Positions 47,984 to 59,435 of a stretch of DNA of 64,000 nt are shown here, piece after piece (within the stretch, counting starts at the first letter, position 1; each line of letters opens with the position of its first letter). Made by a program: the position numbers and the translations under genes. Where the stretch lies: positions 248,001 to 312,000 of the forward strand of contig JAIVFI010000021.1 in the NCBI GenBank assembly GCA_025558095.1, written 5' to 3'. Origin of the DNA: Hyaloraphidium curvatum SAG 235-1 (taxonomy: Eukaryota > Fungi > Monoblepharomycota). The notes below the pieces were generated by a model that searched no databases, was not told where the DNA came from, and worked only from the letters and a program-made list of their open reading frames with translations.

Positions 47984-49360
47984 ATGCGTGCGAAATGGCG
48001 CTCGGAGGCATGGAACGCGCTGCGCGTCACCGCGATCCTGGCCGCCGTCGGGCTCCTCGCGCTGTACACTTCGCTGTCCGCGTCGCCGCAGGTGCGCAAA
48101 GACACTTTCCATGCCGCGGAGCGCGTCTTCCGGCCGCATGCAATTCGCCCGGCCGAAACAAATCCTCCGAATGCGGAGGACTATGCGGCGCGCACGCTGG
48201 CCGAGAACCTGCGGCGCGTCGGGCCGTGCCTCGCGCGCGTGGCCGCCGCTGCCGCCGTGCGGAACAGCACCGCAGGCGCCGGCGCCGGTACGCCGGGCTG
48301 CATGTCGCTCTTCGACGTTGGTCCCGGTGGCGCCGAGATCCGCGCGTCGACCGCCGGCTGCGAGATCGAGGGACGCAGGGCGTGCGCCGTTCTGGCCGTG
48401 ATCCGGGGACTCTTCGACGGAAACCCGCCGCGCCTGCACGTGAGCCGCAACTTCTCCTTCTGGCTTTCGACGGCAGACTCCACGATCCTGTCGACCGAAC
48501 AGTACGACGACCTCGGGCTGCCGACGCTGGTGCCGGGAAAGCCCGAGACGGACGTTTGCGGGATACCCGTGCCGGAATCCTACGCCGTCTTTGCCCTCGT
48601 GGGTTCGGATCCGGACCTCCACGCGGGTCTGCAGAGGATGTGCCCGAAGGCGAGCGACACGGGCGGGCCGATCACCTTCCAGGCGGACCTGTTCCGCAGC
48701 TTTCCCAGCCTGGCCGAAGTGCCGTGGGATTCGAAACAAAACAAGGCCGTGTTCGTGGCGCGCTGCTACTCCACCTACACTGTCGACAACGTGACGCTCA
48801 CCGCCAAACCGTTTCCCACGCGGGGCTACGTGTGTCGCGAAGCCTGGTCGGCACCAAACCGCGCCGACCTCGACGTCGGCCTCCTCGTGGAACCTGCGCT
48901 GCTGACCGGGGCGAACAAGACCTGCGCCCCCGACGGCCCGGGAGATCTGTGCAGAATGTGCTTGCCCTGCCGCCGAAAACGCCTCTTGGACCGCCCCGAG
49001 CAGGCGCGCGGTTACCGTTTCCAGGTCGCAGTGGACGGCTACGGGCCGACGTGGGACGCGATCTACTGGAAGCTGGCCAGCAACAGCACCGTATTTGCCG
49101 TGCAGCACCAAGGGGGGGTGCGTTACGCGCAGTGGTTCGGGCCCCTGCTCGAGGAGGGCGCAAACTACATCGCGACGACCGCGCGGGATTTGCCCCGGGC
49201 AGTCGCGGCATGCGTGCGGGATCCGGAGCGGTGCAGGCGGATCGCCATGGCGGCGGCCCGGACCTTCCGAGCGGCGTTCGATCTCGGCCAGATCGAGCGG
49301 TACTGGACGCTGCTGCTTCAGAAGCTGCATGACGGCGACCTTGCCGGGGAGCCGCCCTGA
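47984..49360 (+). CDS. GT90/CAP10-like glycosyltransferase, intronless
   Basis: N-terminal TM segment, VPWDSKQNKAVF, EQARGYRFQVAVDGYGPTW, WKLASNSTVF, QWFGPLLEEGANYI, CRRIAMAA. Confidence 0.8.
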   Translation: MRAKWRSEAWNALRVTAILAAVGLLALYTSLSASPQVRKDTFHAAERVFRPHAIRPAETNPPNAEDYAARTLAENLRRVGPCLARVAAAAAVRNSTAGAGAGTPGCMSLFDVGPGGAEIRASTAGCEIEGRRACAVLAVIRGLFDGNPPRLHVSRNFSFWLSTADSTILSTEQYDDLGLPTLVPGKPETDVCGIPVPESYAVFALVGSDPDLHAGLQRMCPKASDTGGPITFQADLFRSFPSLAEVPWDSKQNKAVFVARCYSTYTVDNVTLTAKPFPTRGYVCREAWSAPNRADLDVGLLVEPALLTGANKTCAPDGPGDLCRMCLPCRRKRLLDRPEQARGYRFQVAVDGYGPTWDAIYWKLASNSTVFAVQHQGGVRYAQWFGPLLEEGANYIATTARDLPRAVAACVRDPERCRRIAMAAARTFRAAFDLGQIERYWTLLLQKLHDGDLAGEPP

Positions 49361-49694
49361 AGGAAGGCCGCGTTGGAATGGCACCCGCTGCTCTAGGCCG
49401 GCTCGGTGTGATAGGCAATGACAGGGAAGCAGGAAAGTGGATGGTCGCATGAACACTTGTCCACGTCGGAGGCACAAAGTGCTATGTCGGTCGGTGTCCG
49501 TCGCATAGTCTTATACATATTTCAGGGACCGCACTCTTTGCCCGTGATCACACGTTCCGGTGCGGTTGAAGCGCCGCCTCCGTCTACGAGTGATTGGACG
49601 AGCGCAGGCCAGCGCACAGACAGCGTTCCTTTTCCGAGAAAGGTCGCCCTCCCGATGGCCGCGCTGCTCGACCGGGCGACGGCCGACGGCGATG
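48390..49694. repeat. left copy of ~1.3-kb direct repeat
   Basis: Aligns with 52700-53999. It covers the 3' two-thirds of the GT90 gene, the intergenic DNA and the first 13 codons of symplekin (MAALLDRATADGD). Confidence 0.93.
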
Positions 49695-49939
49695 CGCACA
49701 TACAGCCCCAGCTTCTTGATTGCACCCCGGCCGCGCAGGAAAACTTCGACGCCGGTGTATCTCGGCGGTGGCTTAATAGCCTTTGGCGGAGGCAACTCCC
49801 GCGGCCAAAGCAAGCGGTCTTTCCACCTCTTTTCCATCGGCGCCGCACGGACCGTCTGCAACTGGCAGCTGCGTCAGGTGAGGTGGACATCTCTGTTTCC
49901 ATGGAGTTCAAAGAAAGCGAAAGGAGACAGGCGGCGCAC

Positions 49940-51095
49940 TCACACTCTCCGTAATTCGTACTGAAGCACCTGTTGGCCCCGACTTTTCATCTTTGCTGCC
50001 TTCTTTGTCGCTTTGTTGAAGGCCTTTCGCGCCGCTTGGAACGCTTTTGATTCCTGAAAACCTTTGGTGATTTTGAATACGTCGCGAATGAGTGGCGCAA
50101 TGTCATGGGCAGTGCATAGTGCATAATCCCTCGCTGAAGCCGTTGCAGCATGTCCCATCTTGTTTCCGATAAGGACCTCCAGATTTTGCTGGAAAGAAAG
50201 ACCAGTCGGCGTCGGGAATGTCAGAATGAACTCGGCCTCTTCTGCCGTGAAGTAGGTCGAAGACATGTAGAAGGGCGCGGCGAGGTCTGATTCAAGCCTC
50301 TGTTGGGCTTCATCGTCAGCCGCATAGCTCATCAGGTCCACAAGAAAGAATTTCAGCCTGTTGAACAGATCGGTGTTGTTCTGCAAAGCATGGTGTGCCC
50401 CCTCTACGGTTCGGAAACGTGAGCACATGTCAACAAAAAGTGAAACAAATCGATCGGCATCTACAGCGGATCAACGGCGTTAGCAAAGCTATCTGACGCG
50501 CGTGCGGTTATCGTGATATCTTACATTTCTTCTGTCGAAGCAAGCTGGAAGTCCAAACACAAGTGGTGAGGACGAGATTCGCCACCTGAATGTGATCCAG
50601 TGCTTTCCCATTTGCGATTTCGCTCTTCACAAAATCAAAAAGGCGCTCGCCGTGGACTCTTAAGCGAACTGTTCCGTCTGTCAGTTCGACAGCTTCGTCA
50701 CCAAGCGCGTCTACGTCCTCGAGTCTGAAAGGGTCGACGGTGTTGTCACAGTCTCGGACATCGAGATTCGCAAAAGAGTGTGCCAGTTCGGCTGGAGATT
50801 CAGGAGGGGTGGTGTTCGGCGAGGAACGCCCCTTGGGTCTGAAGAGAACCTCGTAGGAGAGCGAATCGCTCGACCAAACCTCCAGTAGGTAGCCCAGCAT
50901 ATCATCGTCTGCTGCCACAACCCAGGGTTCGTTCCTCTTGGTGCCATCGAGAGTGCGAATCCAGCAGCGGACGTTTCTGTCGAGCGTGACCTCTTCTGCC
51001 AGCTTGTGAAGCGAGACGCTTCGTTTGTCCTCATAGGACGTGTTCCTCGAAGACAGTGGAAGTCCCATGTCACAACGAATGAAGAAATCGACCAT
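49940..51095 (-). CDS. hypothetical protein in the lower-GC island, spliced (ends uncertain)
   Basis: Intron 50461-50524 (GTAAG...GCTAAC...TAG) joins ORF 50508-51095 in frame to ORF 49940-50428 (...QKK-Y-ADRFVSLFVDMCSRF...). Confidence 0.65.
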
Positions 51096-51865
51096 TTGGA
51101 AGCGAACGACCGCCGACTACCGACGGAACAGCTACGGTACGGTGAAGGGCGTAGAGAGCGATTTTGCGGTCGTCCTTGTGGAGCAGTTGGCGGAAATGGA
51201 GGCGGATTTCAGTCAACAACGGAGCTGTAGGAAGGAATGTCGAGGAATATGGCCGTTTGGGCAAAGCTTGCCCACCCCAATTTCCGCGAACGAAACGCTT
51301 GCCTAACTGCAACCGCACTCACCCCGTAACCGTTGGAGCGAGAACCAGCTAACCGGCGCGAAAGTTTCATATTTGCCGCTTTCTTTCTGCCGCCGTGGGG
51401 TGTGTGGGACGAAACACAGTGGTTTGCTGCTGGGTCTCGTTGACCGGGTGCCCCTCAGCGACGGCCAGGAAGACTGCTCAAGGCGCTGCTCAGCAGGCCT
51501 GGGTACGGCGAATGCAGTCTGCACATTGTTTTGGGATATGTACGCGGACCAGTGAGGCGCTGTAATCCGAGAACCGCGGGTTGAGCCCAGCACGGTGCTT
51601 TGGGCCTCCCGCCCTCGGCAGTTTTGCAAGCAGACAACGGAACAGATACATAGAGCGCATCAAATATGAAACATTTCCGGGTATTTCCTATTGGTTCCTG
51701 CTTTTGCCGTGGCCTGGGGGATGGGAGATTCGGCGCCCAGTTTTGTGTGCGGGGTGGGGCCGGGTGGGCAAGCTTTGGAGAAACGGCAATGGCCGGTGTG
51801 GTTGGGCTGCTGGAGAAGTAGTTTTGCCTCCCCTTTCCCTTCCCACCCACTTCCCTGTCTCAACC

Positions 51866-52660
51866 ATGATAACAGCGACCTGTCCTTTGCCTGCGTTCCG
51901 GGGCTGCCAAGCTTTGCGTGCCGCGAAGCTCCGAGCGCCAAACTCGTCGCCTCGCAACAGAGGCAACGCGACGTCGACGAAGCAGCCTCTTTCCACGCTT
52001 CCGGGGCCCGTTGCTGCGTCTGCCGAAGCCCTTGCACGCGTACTAAAATCGCAGAACGTGCCGTACGCGATCGCTGGGCCTGTGGCATGCCACGCGCATG
52101 GATATCGGCGGGCAACATACGGCGTCGACGTGCTTGTGAACCGGACAGATCTCAACAAGCTGGTGGCGGCCATCTCGGGCCGCGGGTGGGTGCGGCGCTA
52201 CGCCGGAGCCATGCGGTCATTCAAGGACGGTGAGAACGGCGTCAATCTTGACGTGCTCGTCAGCGGCGACTTCCCCGGCGACGGAATGCCCAAGCCGGTC
52301 TCTTTCCCGGCAATCCAAGCCCCTGTCGAGAATGCCGTCGGTGACACGAAGACCGTTGCCGTCGAGCCCGTCATTGTACCGCCCGGGATTGCCGTACTTC
52401 CCCTCCCGAATCTTATTGAACTGAAACTTGCATCGTCCACCTCCGCCCCGGCGCGGCAGAAGGATGCCGCGGACGTTCAGGAGCTCATACGAGCGAACAA
52501 TCTGCCCTACGAGTTCGTCGTGGAGCTCGACCCAAGCGTCAAGGCCGAATACGTGCGACTATGGGACATTGTCGAAGCGGCACGCAAGGCGGGACGAGGC
52601 TTTAGGACTCGACTCTCACGGAACAGGAATCCTCACTCCGCTACGCTCGAAACGCACTGA
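51866..52660 (+). CDS. bacterial-type Pol-beta-superfamily nucleotidyltransferase (AbiEii/MNT-like), possibly degenerate
   Basis: VPYAIAGPVACHAHGYRRATYGVDVLV, VNLDVLVSGDFPGDGMPKPVSFP, LPLPNLIELKLAS, RQKDAADVQELIRAN. Confidence 0.72.
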   Translation: MITATCPLPAFRGCQALRAAKLRAPNSSPRNRGNATSTKQPLSTLPGPVAASAEALARVLKSQNVPYAIAGPVACHAHGYRRATYGVDVLVNRTDLNKLVAAISGRGWVRRYAGAMRSFKDGENGVNLDVLVSGDFPGDGMPKPVSFPAIQAPVENAVGDTKTVAVEPVIVPPGIAVLPLPNLIELKLASSTSAPARQKDAADVQELIRANNLPYEFVVELDPSVKAEYVRLWDIVEAARKAGRGFRTRLSRNRNPHSATLETH

Positions 52661-52699
52661 ACCTTACCGGCGACGCTGAACGCGAATCGCAAGAGGGCA

Positions 52700-53719
52700 T
52701 TCTGACCGTGATCCGAGGACTCCTCGGCGGAGACCCGCCGCGTCTGCGCATGAGCCGCAACTTCTCCTGGCTTTCGACGGCAGACTCCACGATCCTGTCG
52801 ACCGAACAGTACGACGACCTCGGGCTGCCGACGCTGGTGCCGGGAAAGCCCGAGACGGACGTTTGCGGCATACCCGTGCCGAAGTCCTACGCCGGATTCG
52901 CCCTCGTGGGCTCGGATCCGGACCTCCACGCGGATACAGAGGATGTGCCCGAACGCGAGCGACACATGCGGCCCGAGCCTTCCAGGCGGACCTGTTCCGC
53001 AGCTTCTCAGCCTGGCTGACGTGCTGTGGGATTCGAAAAAGAACAAGGCCGTGTTTGTGGCGCGCTGCTCCTACACCTACACGGTCGACAACGTGACCCT
53101 CGCCGCCAAACCGTATCCCACGCGGGGCCACGTGTGTCGCGAAGCCTCGTCAGCACCGAACCGCGCCGACCTCGACGTCGGCCTCCTCGTGGAACCTGCG
53201 CTGCTGACCGGGCCGAACGGGACCTGCCCCCCCGACGGCCCCGGAAATCTGTGCAGAATGTGCTGGCCGTGCCGGCGAAAACGCCTCCCGGACCGCCCCG
53301 AGCAGGCGCGCGGTTACCGCTTCCAGGTCGCCGTGGATGGCTACGGGCCGACGTGGGACGCGATCTACTGGAAGCTGGCCAGCAATAGCACCGTGTTTGC
53401 CGTGCAGCACGAAGTGCGTTACGCGCAGTGGTTCGGGCCCCTGCTCGAGGACGGCGCAAACTACATCGCGACGAGCGCGCCGGATTTGGCACACGCAGTC
53501 GCCGGATGCGTGCGGGATCCGGAGTGGTGCAGGCGGATCGCCATGGCGGCGGCCCGGACCTTCCGATCGGCGTTCGATCTCGGCCAGATCGAGCGGGACT
53601 GGACGCTGCTACTTCAGAAGCTGCATGACGGCGGCGTTTTGGGAGGGACACGCTGGGCGAAGGCCGCCCAACAACGGCACCCGCTGCACTTGTGCCGGGC
53701 CCGGCGTGTTCGGCAATAG
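52700..53719 (+). pseudogene. 5'-truncated, frameshifted copy of the GT90-like gene
   Basis: Homology to 47984-49360 starts mid-gene and is split across three frames (ORFs 52708, 52863, 52943). Confidence 0.88.
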
Positions 53720-53999
53720 CATCGGAACCTGCGGTCGCAAGAGGCTAGTCGACCCAACGCTCTGCCCGCGTCAGAGGCACAAAGGTCTATCTTGGTCCGT
53801 GTCCGTCGGATAGTCTTATACATATGTCAGGGACCGCACTCTTTGCCCGTGATCACACGTTCCGGTGCGGTTGAAGCGCCGCCTCCGTCCACGAGTGATT
53901 GGACGAGCGCAGGCCAGCGCACAAACAGCGTTCCTTTTCCGAGAAAGGTCGCCCTCCCGATGGCCGCGCTGCTCGACCGGGCGACGGCCGACGGCGATG
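52700..53999. repeat. right copy of ~1.3-kb direct repeat
   Basis: Aligns with 48390-49694 and runs into the intact symplekin start. Confidence 0.93.
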
Positions 54000-56900
54000 T
54001 CGGCGATCGCGTCGCGTCGCTCGACGCATTTATCGGGGCCATTCGGGCAGACAAGGCGATGCTCGTCGCCGAGCCCGGGCTCGCTGCGCGCGTCGCCGCG
54101 ACCGCGCAGCCGCCCGCCGGCCCGCCGCTGCTGCCGCCTGAGATCGTCGCCGCGTCGCTCTTCATTGCCGAGGAGGTCGCGTGCCGGCTGCAGGGCCTGG
54201 GCGACGCGCGTTGGGCCGCGCTGGCCGACGTGGCCCGCGCCGTGGAAAAGTGGCTCAAGCCCGGCATGCCCGAGGAGCTGTACCCCGCTGGTGCCCACAT
54301 CGTCGTCCGCCAGGCGATCCAGTGGGCCGCAAACGCGTATTCCGTGGCGTTCCAGCGAATGTGGGTGACCTCGACTGTCGGACCCCTCGTACCGAATTGC
54401 TCATATTCCTAATCTCGCGAACCGGATTCCGCCGTGTCGCCCTTTCCAGAGCCAGCACGCATCCCGATGGGGCGGACCTATGGGCAGCCTTCGAGTCCAT
54501 TCGGCGGAGCATCCTGGCGCGGTGGGAGGCTGCGTCGGACACGGGCGAGCTGCTTGCCATCAGCAGATGGGCCTGCGAGGCGGTGCAGGTCGAGAGCTGG
54601 GCAAAGCGCAACGTCAACGATGTCGGTAGGCCGTCGACGCGGCACCGGGCTGTCGCTGACCGTCCCGGCAGCAACCTATACCGGGCGAGGTTCCGGGTGG
54701 CGGGGACGTATCGCTGGACATTGCGCCGACCGAGGCGTCATACTTTTCGACCGACGAGCTCGCGTCGCGGTCCACGCAGCTCCTCGAGATGCTCCTGCAC
54801 CGATTGCAGGAGTCGGACCGGGTCCCGGTCGTGGCATCCATCGTCAACTCGATGCTGCTCCTCGTGCGCGGTCGGTACCAGTTCGCCAACATGGTGGCCT
54901 TGGGCATCGTGGAGTACTGGGCGGCGGAGGAGGAGCGCGCGGCAAAGGCCAATTCGCGGTGGACGACGACACAGTACCGCAGCCTAGAGAGGACGATCCG
55001 GAACGCGCTCCTGGGCGTGTTCAGATTCGTCCCGGACCTGGAGTTGCCGCATCCGGCGTCGAGTATGCTGCTGGACAGGCTGGGCGCCAGGCCCAGCGAG
55101 TTTCCGCATCCGTACTATGTGCGGCTGCGCGAGCTGCGGTTCGGGGAGCGACCGGTGCAGAAACGGGCAGGGACGCCCGACGCGGACGCTTCTGCCGCCA
55201 AGCGGCAGCGGATGGACTTGGACATGAGGGCACAGGCGATGCCCGTCCCGGGACCCTCGCCCGCGGTGCCCGTGCCGACAGTGTCGCCGGTGCAGGCCAT
55301 CATGAACCTCCTCCAGTTCGATACCTCCCAGATCCCGTTGGCGTCCGTGATCGAGATGACGCTGCACGTCATGCGAACCACCCCGGATCCGATCTGGAAC
55401 CAGACCATGACGGTAATCGACGAAAGGCCGCTTCTGCGAGCTGGCTTGACGCGCCTCCAATCCACAGGCCGCCCGCCAGATCCCGCAGCTCATCCAGCAG
55501 GAGCTGTCCGCACAGGCAGCGCCGAACGGCCCGCAGGCCCATGCTCCGGGCTACCGCGATCCCCGGCTCGGCGGCCCCGCTGCCGCCCGCGTAGAGGGCC
55601 TCTCCGCCGGCGAATCCGCGGCGGCCCTCGAGGACGCCGACGAGGAAGCCGACGAAGCGGAGGACCTTTCCGCGATGCCTCTGACGGGCCGCGTCATGGA
55701 GCCCGAGGAGTTGGACGAGGCGCAGCTCGCGGAGCTGTGGACGGACATCCTGCAGAAGATGCTGCGGGCGGAATCGGTGCTCGGGGGCCGGTTCAAGGGG
55801 GCGAGGAACGGGTGGGAGGCGCTCGTGGGGCGATTGGTGGCGCACAGCAGCTTGGCCAAGGTGGAGGACGGGGCGGACGAGGGCGCGTCGGCGGAGACGG
55901 ATGCCGTGGTGGATTACGTCGCGGAGGACTTCAGATCGAGGTAAGCTCATTGCGGGCTCGCTGGTGGACGTCGCTGATACCCCGCAGGGCGGAGCTCGCG
56001 GTGGCGTACCTATACCAGCTGTGGTGGCAGGAGACCTCGGGCTCGGACGAGTCGCGCAAGCGGTACTTTTACTGCCTGCACAGGCTCCTTGACCGGATCA
56101 GCACGGCCATCGATCCGCGCGATCGCAACTTTACCAAGTTCCTCCTCGACGCCCCCGCGCTGGACGAGTCGTGCATCGACGACTACGTCCTGAAGCGGTT
56201 CGTCGAGGACAAGGACAGGATGCAGCTCGGGGTCACGACCCTGCGCGACATCATAAACCTCCGCCCCGCAATGCGCGAGCGGTGCATCGAGCTACTGCTG
56301 GAATGCTGTGTCCATCCGGGTAAGTTGCTGGCCGGCGGCCTGAGGAAGCGGTGCTGACACGAAGACCGGCTTCCAGACAAGGCGACGCGCCAGTTCTCCA
56401 TTCAAATGTCCCGACGCTGGGTTCCGGACAACGAGCCCCTCACCGCGCGCCTGGAGAAGCACGCGCTCGACTCCTTCCTCTCCATCGCAGAACTGGACCT
56501 GGTCGCGGACGAGGCCGGGGCCGAGGACATGGAGGACGACCTCTGGGGCATCGATACCGGCTTCCTTGGCATCACCGACGTCACGCAACGCGTGGAGTTT
56601 TTCTTTGCCCTGTGCAGCAAGGACCACGAGATGCTGCGGGAGTGGGTCTTGCCGGCGCTCTTCTCGCGCGCTATCTGATGATATTCACGCAGGATCTTCC
56701 GCGTCTACGCAACGCTCACCCCTTTGGCGCAGCGCGCGGTGCGCCATGACGTCTATCCCCTTGTCCGCAACGTGGGCATGCACTCTCCCATCCTCCTTAA
56801 CCTGCTGCGCGACTTTCCCGAGGGCTCCGAGGGGCTGGCGCTCAAGTGCGTCCTGGACCTCCTTGACCGCGGAGGTTTGTTGTTGCCGCGCTCTCCATAG

Positions 56901-57827
56901 CAGCAGCAAGCTGACGCCGCGCCGCAGCGAAACCCACCAAGGAGCTCCTCGCGACGTGGCGTGCGGCGTACTCGCAGCGGAACATGGAACCGCGCGCAAT
57001 CATCCCCGTCCTCCCCTTCCTCGAAAAGGTTCGTTTGAGGATTCTACCCCACCGCCGCCGTAGCTGACCCGTCCGTCCTGCAGTCCGAAGCCCTCGGCTA
57101 CCTGCCCGACGTGTTCGGCCTCCTACCCGCGGACGCGCCCGAGAAATCCAAGCAGTACGGCGTGATTCAGAGCCTCATCGCTCGCCTCGTCACGCCTCCG
57201 AGCGAGGAGGAGAAGCCGGTGATGACGCCGGCGGAGCTCATGATCGCTCTGCACAATATGGAGGACCGGGTCGGGGTCAAGAAGCTCATTTCTCGTGGGA
57301 GCGCGCGCCGTTGCCCGCCCCAGGCCGTCTATTGACCCCCGCGCCGCCGCAGTGACCCAGATTTGCTTCAACATGTCGGAGCAGTTCAAATCGGAGCAGC
57401 TCGCCATCGTTCTGCAGCAGCTCGTGGACCAGCCCAAGCTGCCGACCATCATGATGCGCACGGTGCTGCAGTGCGTCACGCTCCACAAGGGCATGATCGG
57501 CTTCCTGCAGAGCATCCTCACGCGGCTCATAAACAAGCGCATATGGCAGAACAAGCAGCTCTGGGAGGGGTTCATCCGCGCGTGCAAGGTGCGCCGCGGC
57601 CTCGACGACATCCGGAGAGCCTGGCTGACACTGCTCCGCAACCGCAGATGACGCAGCCGCAGTCTTCGCAGGTCATCCTGCAGCTCCCCAGGCCGCAGAT
57701 GGAGGAGATCCTGGCCAAGCACCTCGAGCTCCGCAAGGCCGTCGCGGGCTACATACAGCAGCTCCCGCCCTCGCAGCGCAACACCCCCCGCATGCAGGGC
57801 ATCCTCGCGGTCGCGTCCCAGGCATAG
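53960..57827 (+). CDS. PTA1: symplekin / Pta1 (cleavage-polyadenylation scaffold), multi-exon
   Basis: QYRSLERTIRNALL, FTKFLLDAPAL, MQLGVTTLRDIINLRP, MTPAELMIALH, LAIVLQQLVDQPKLPTIMMRTVLQ...ILTRLINKRIWQNKQLWEGFIRA (Symplekin_C). Confidence 0.85.
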
Positions 57828-57922
57828 CGCCTGCCACAGTGTACCCTCAAACTCAGAATTCCAGCCCAGATCACATGGATGTACATGGTTCAGCCATTTC
57901 CACGTCCTGTCCCTGGCCTCCG

Positions 57923-59266
57923 TCACCGGGGGGCGGAGCGCCGGTCGCCGGCGTCGGCATCTAGCCGGACGACGCCGCACACAACCGTCGTGTCGTCCTG
58001 CTTGCCGCCCTCGTAAAAGAGGCCCTCTTCCGAGGCCTTGACCTGGAAGGGGCTGGCGCTGGCCATCGGGTCCTCTTGCACTGCAGGGGCGGGGGGCGTT
58101 AGGCCGAACGGCGCTGATCGCGGGACAGGCGGCGCCAACCTTCCCGGCACCGCACCGCCAGCGTGTCGGCAAACTTTTGCGGGTCAAGACCCGCGGCCCC
58201 GCGCGGCGGCTCGGTCATGGCGACGGCGATGTCGAGTATCTCGTCGTCGAACAGGTTGTCGAACAGGCCGTCCGACGCGACAATCACCACGTCGCCCTCT
58301 TTCACCTTGACGGTGAAGGTCTCGGCGTCGCCCGGCGAGTCCTTGCTGCCGGTGCCGAGCTGGAAGGGGAAGTTGAACGAGTGCTGCTGCTCCGCGGTCC
58401 GGAAGATGATCTCGGCGCCGCGGATGACGAGCACGCCGCAGTCGCCCAGGTTTGCTATGCGGAGCTCGTCGTCGCGCAGGATGACGAGGCAGGCGGTGGT
58501 GGAGCCCACGAGGTTCTGGCGGGGCGGCGGTTCGGCGCGCGTCGCGGATGGGCGGCTGTGGGGCCCCACCTCCTTGTCGATGTCGTCCAGCACGGCGGCG
58601 TAGCTCCGCTCCAGCACGACGCGCGGGTCGACCGCGTAGTACTCTTCCGGGTCGTACGAGCTGTCGTCCTCGAACCGCGAGAGGTCCTTGTTGGAGTAGT
58701 GCATGAGCTTCCGCGAGTAGAGGGCCGGGTTCGCGCCTGCGGGGGTGTCAGGGGACGCGCCGGTGCGGGCAGCGCGGACGCACCCTTTATCCTGCTCCAG
58801 CCGCCGACGCCTGTGCCGATGCGGGGAGGCGGTGAGCGCGGGCGCGGGTTGGGGCGTCGCGAGCCTGCCACGCACCGTCCGCGACGCCGATTGCGTCGTG
58901 CCTGCGGAAGTACGCGTCCTCGCCGACGCCGACCGACAGGTAGTCGCCGTCGCCGGCGATCGCGGCCGCGGCGGCCTTCCTGCTCGCGCCCGACAGCGCG
59001 GTCTTCGGGTACGCGGCGACGCCGAGGTCGAGGCGCAGCGACGGGCGCGCGACGGCGTGCTTTCCGATGTCGTCGAAGAACGAGAAGATGTTCGGCGGCG
59101 GCGCGCGCGGCGGCGGGGCGGGCGGCGACGCGCTGAGCGGCCGCGCGGTGTGGCGCACCGGCGCGCCGCGGAGGTGCAGCAGGACGAGCTCGTCGGGCAG
59201 CCGCCACGCGTCCGCCGCCGGCCACAAAGGCGCGCCGCGCCGAATGCCCGCCGCCAGCGCCGCCAT
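57923..59266 (-). CDS. PTC7: PP2C-family phosphatase PTC7, spliced
   Basis: VGEDAYF...IGVADG|VGGW, ANPALYSRKLM, GSTTAC, IANLGDCG, EQQHSFNFPFQLG, ASDGLFDNLFD, GGKQDDTTVV. Confidence 0.9.
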
Positions 59267-59435
59267 CGCGGCTGCGGGCGCGCCGCGGGGCCGCATGATC
59301 CGGGGTCCGATACGGGTCTGCTGTCTAAGGCCGAAATGGTATTCAACCTTTCAACTTTTAAACGATCGAGGCCGCCTCATAGTCTGCCCGATCGTGATCG
59401 GCGTCCCCCACGCTCCCCTCCCGCGATGGCCTGAC

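Noticed and set aside
46699-49477. Very long ORFs (877 aa on +, 746 aa on -) and many similar overlapping ORFs across the window
   Set aside because: Shadow frames of real GC-rich genes: Arg/Ala/Gly/Pro-rich, no motifs, and antisense or off-frame to recognisable proteins.
48390-53999. LTR retrotransposon
   Set aside because: The repeats are host gene sequence, lack TG..CA ends, and enclose no gag/pol.
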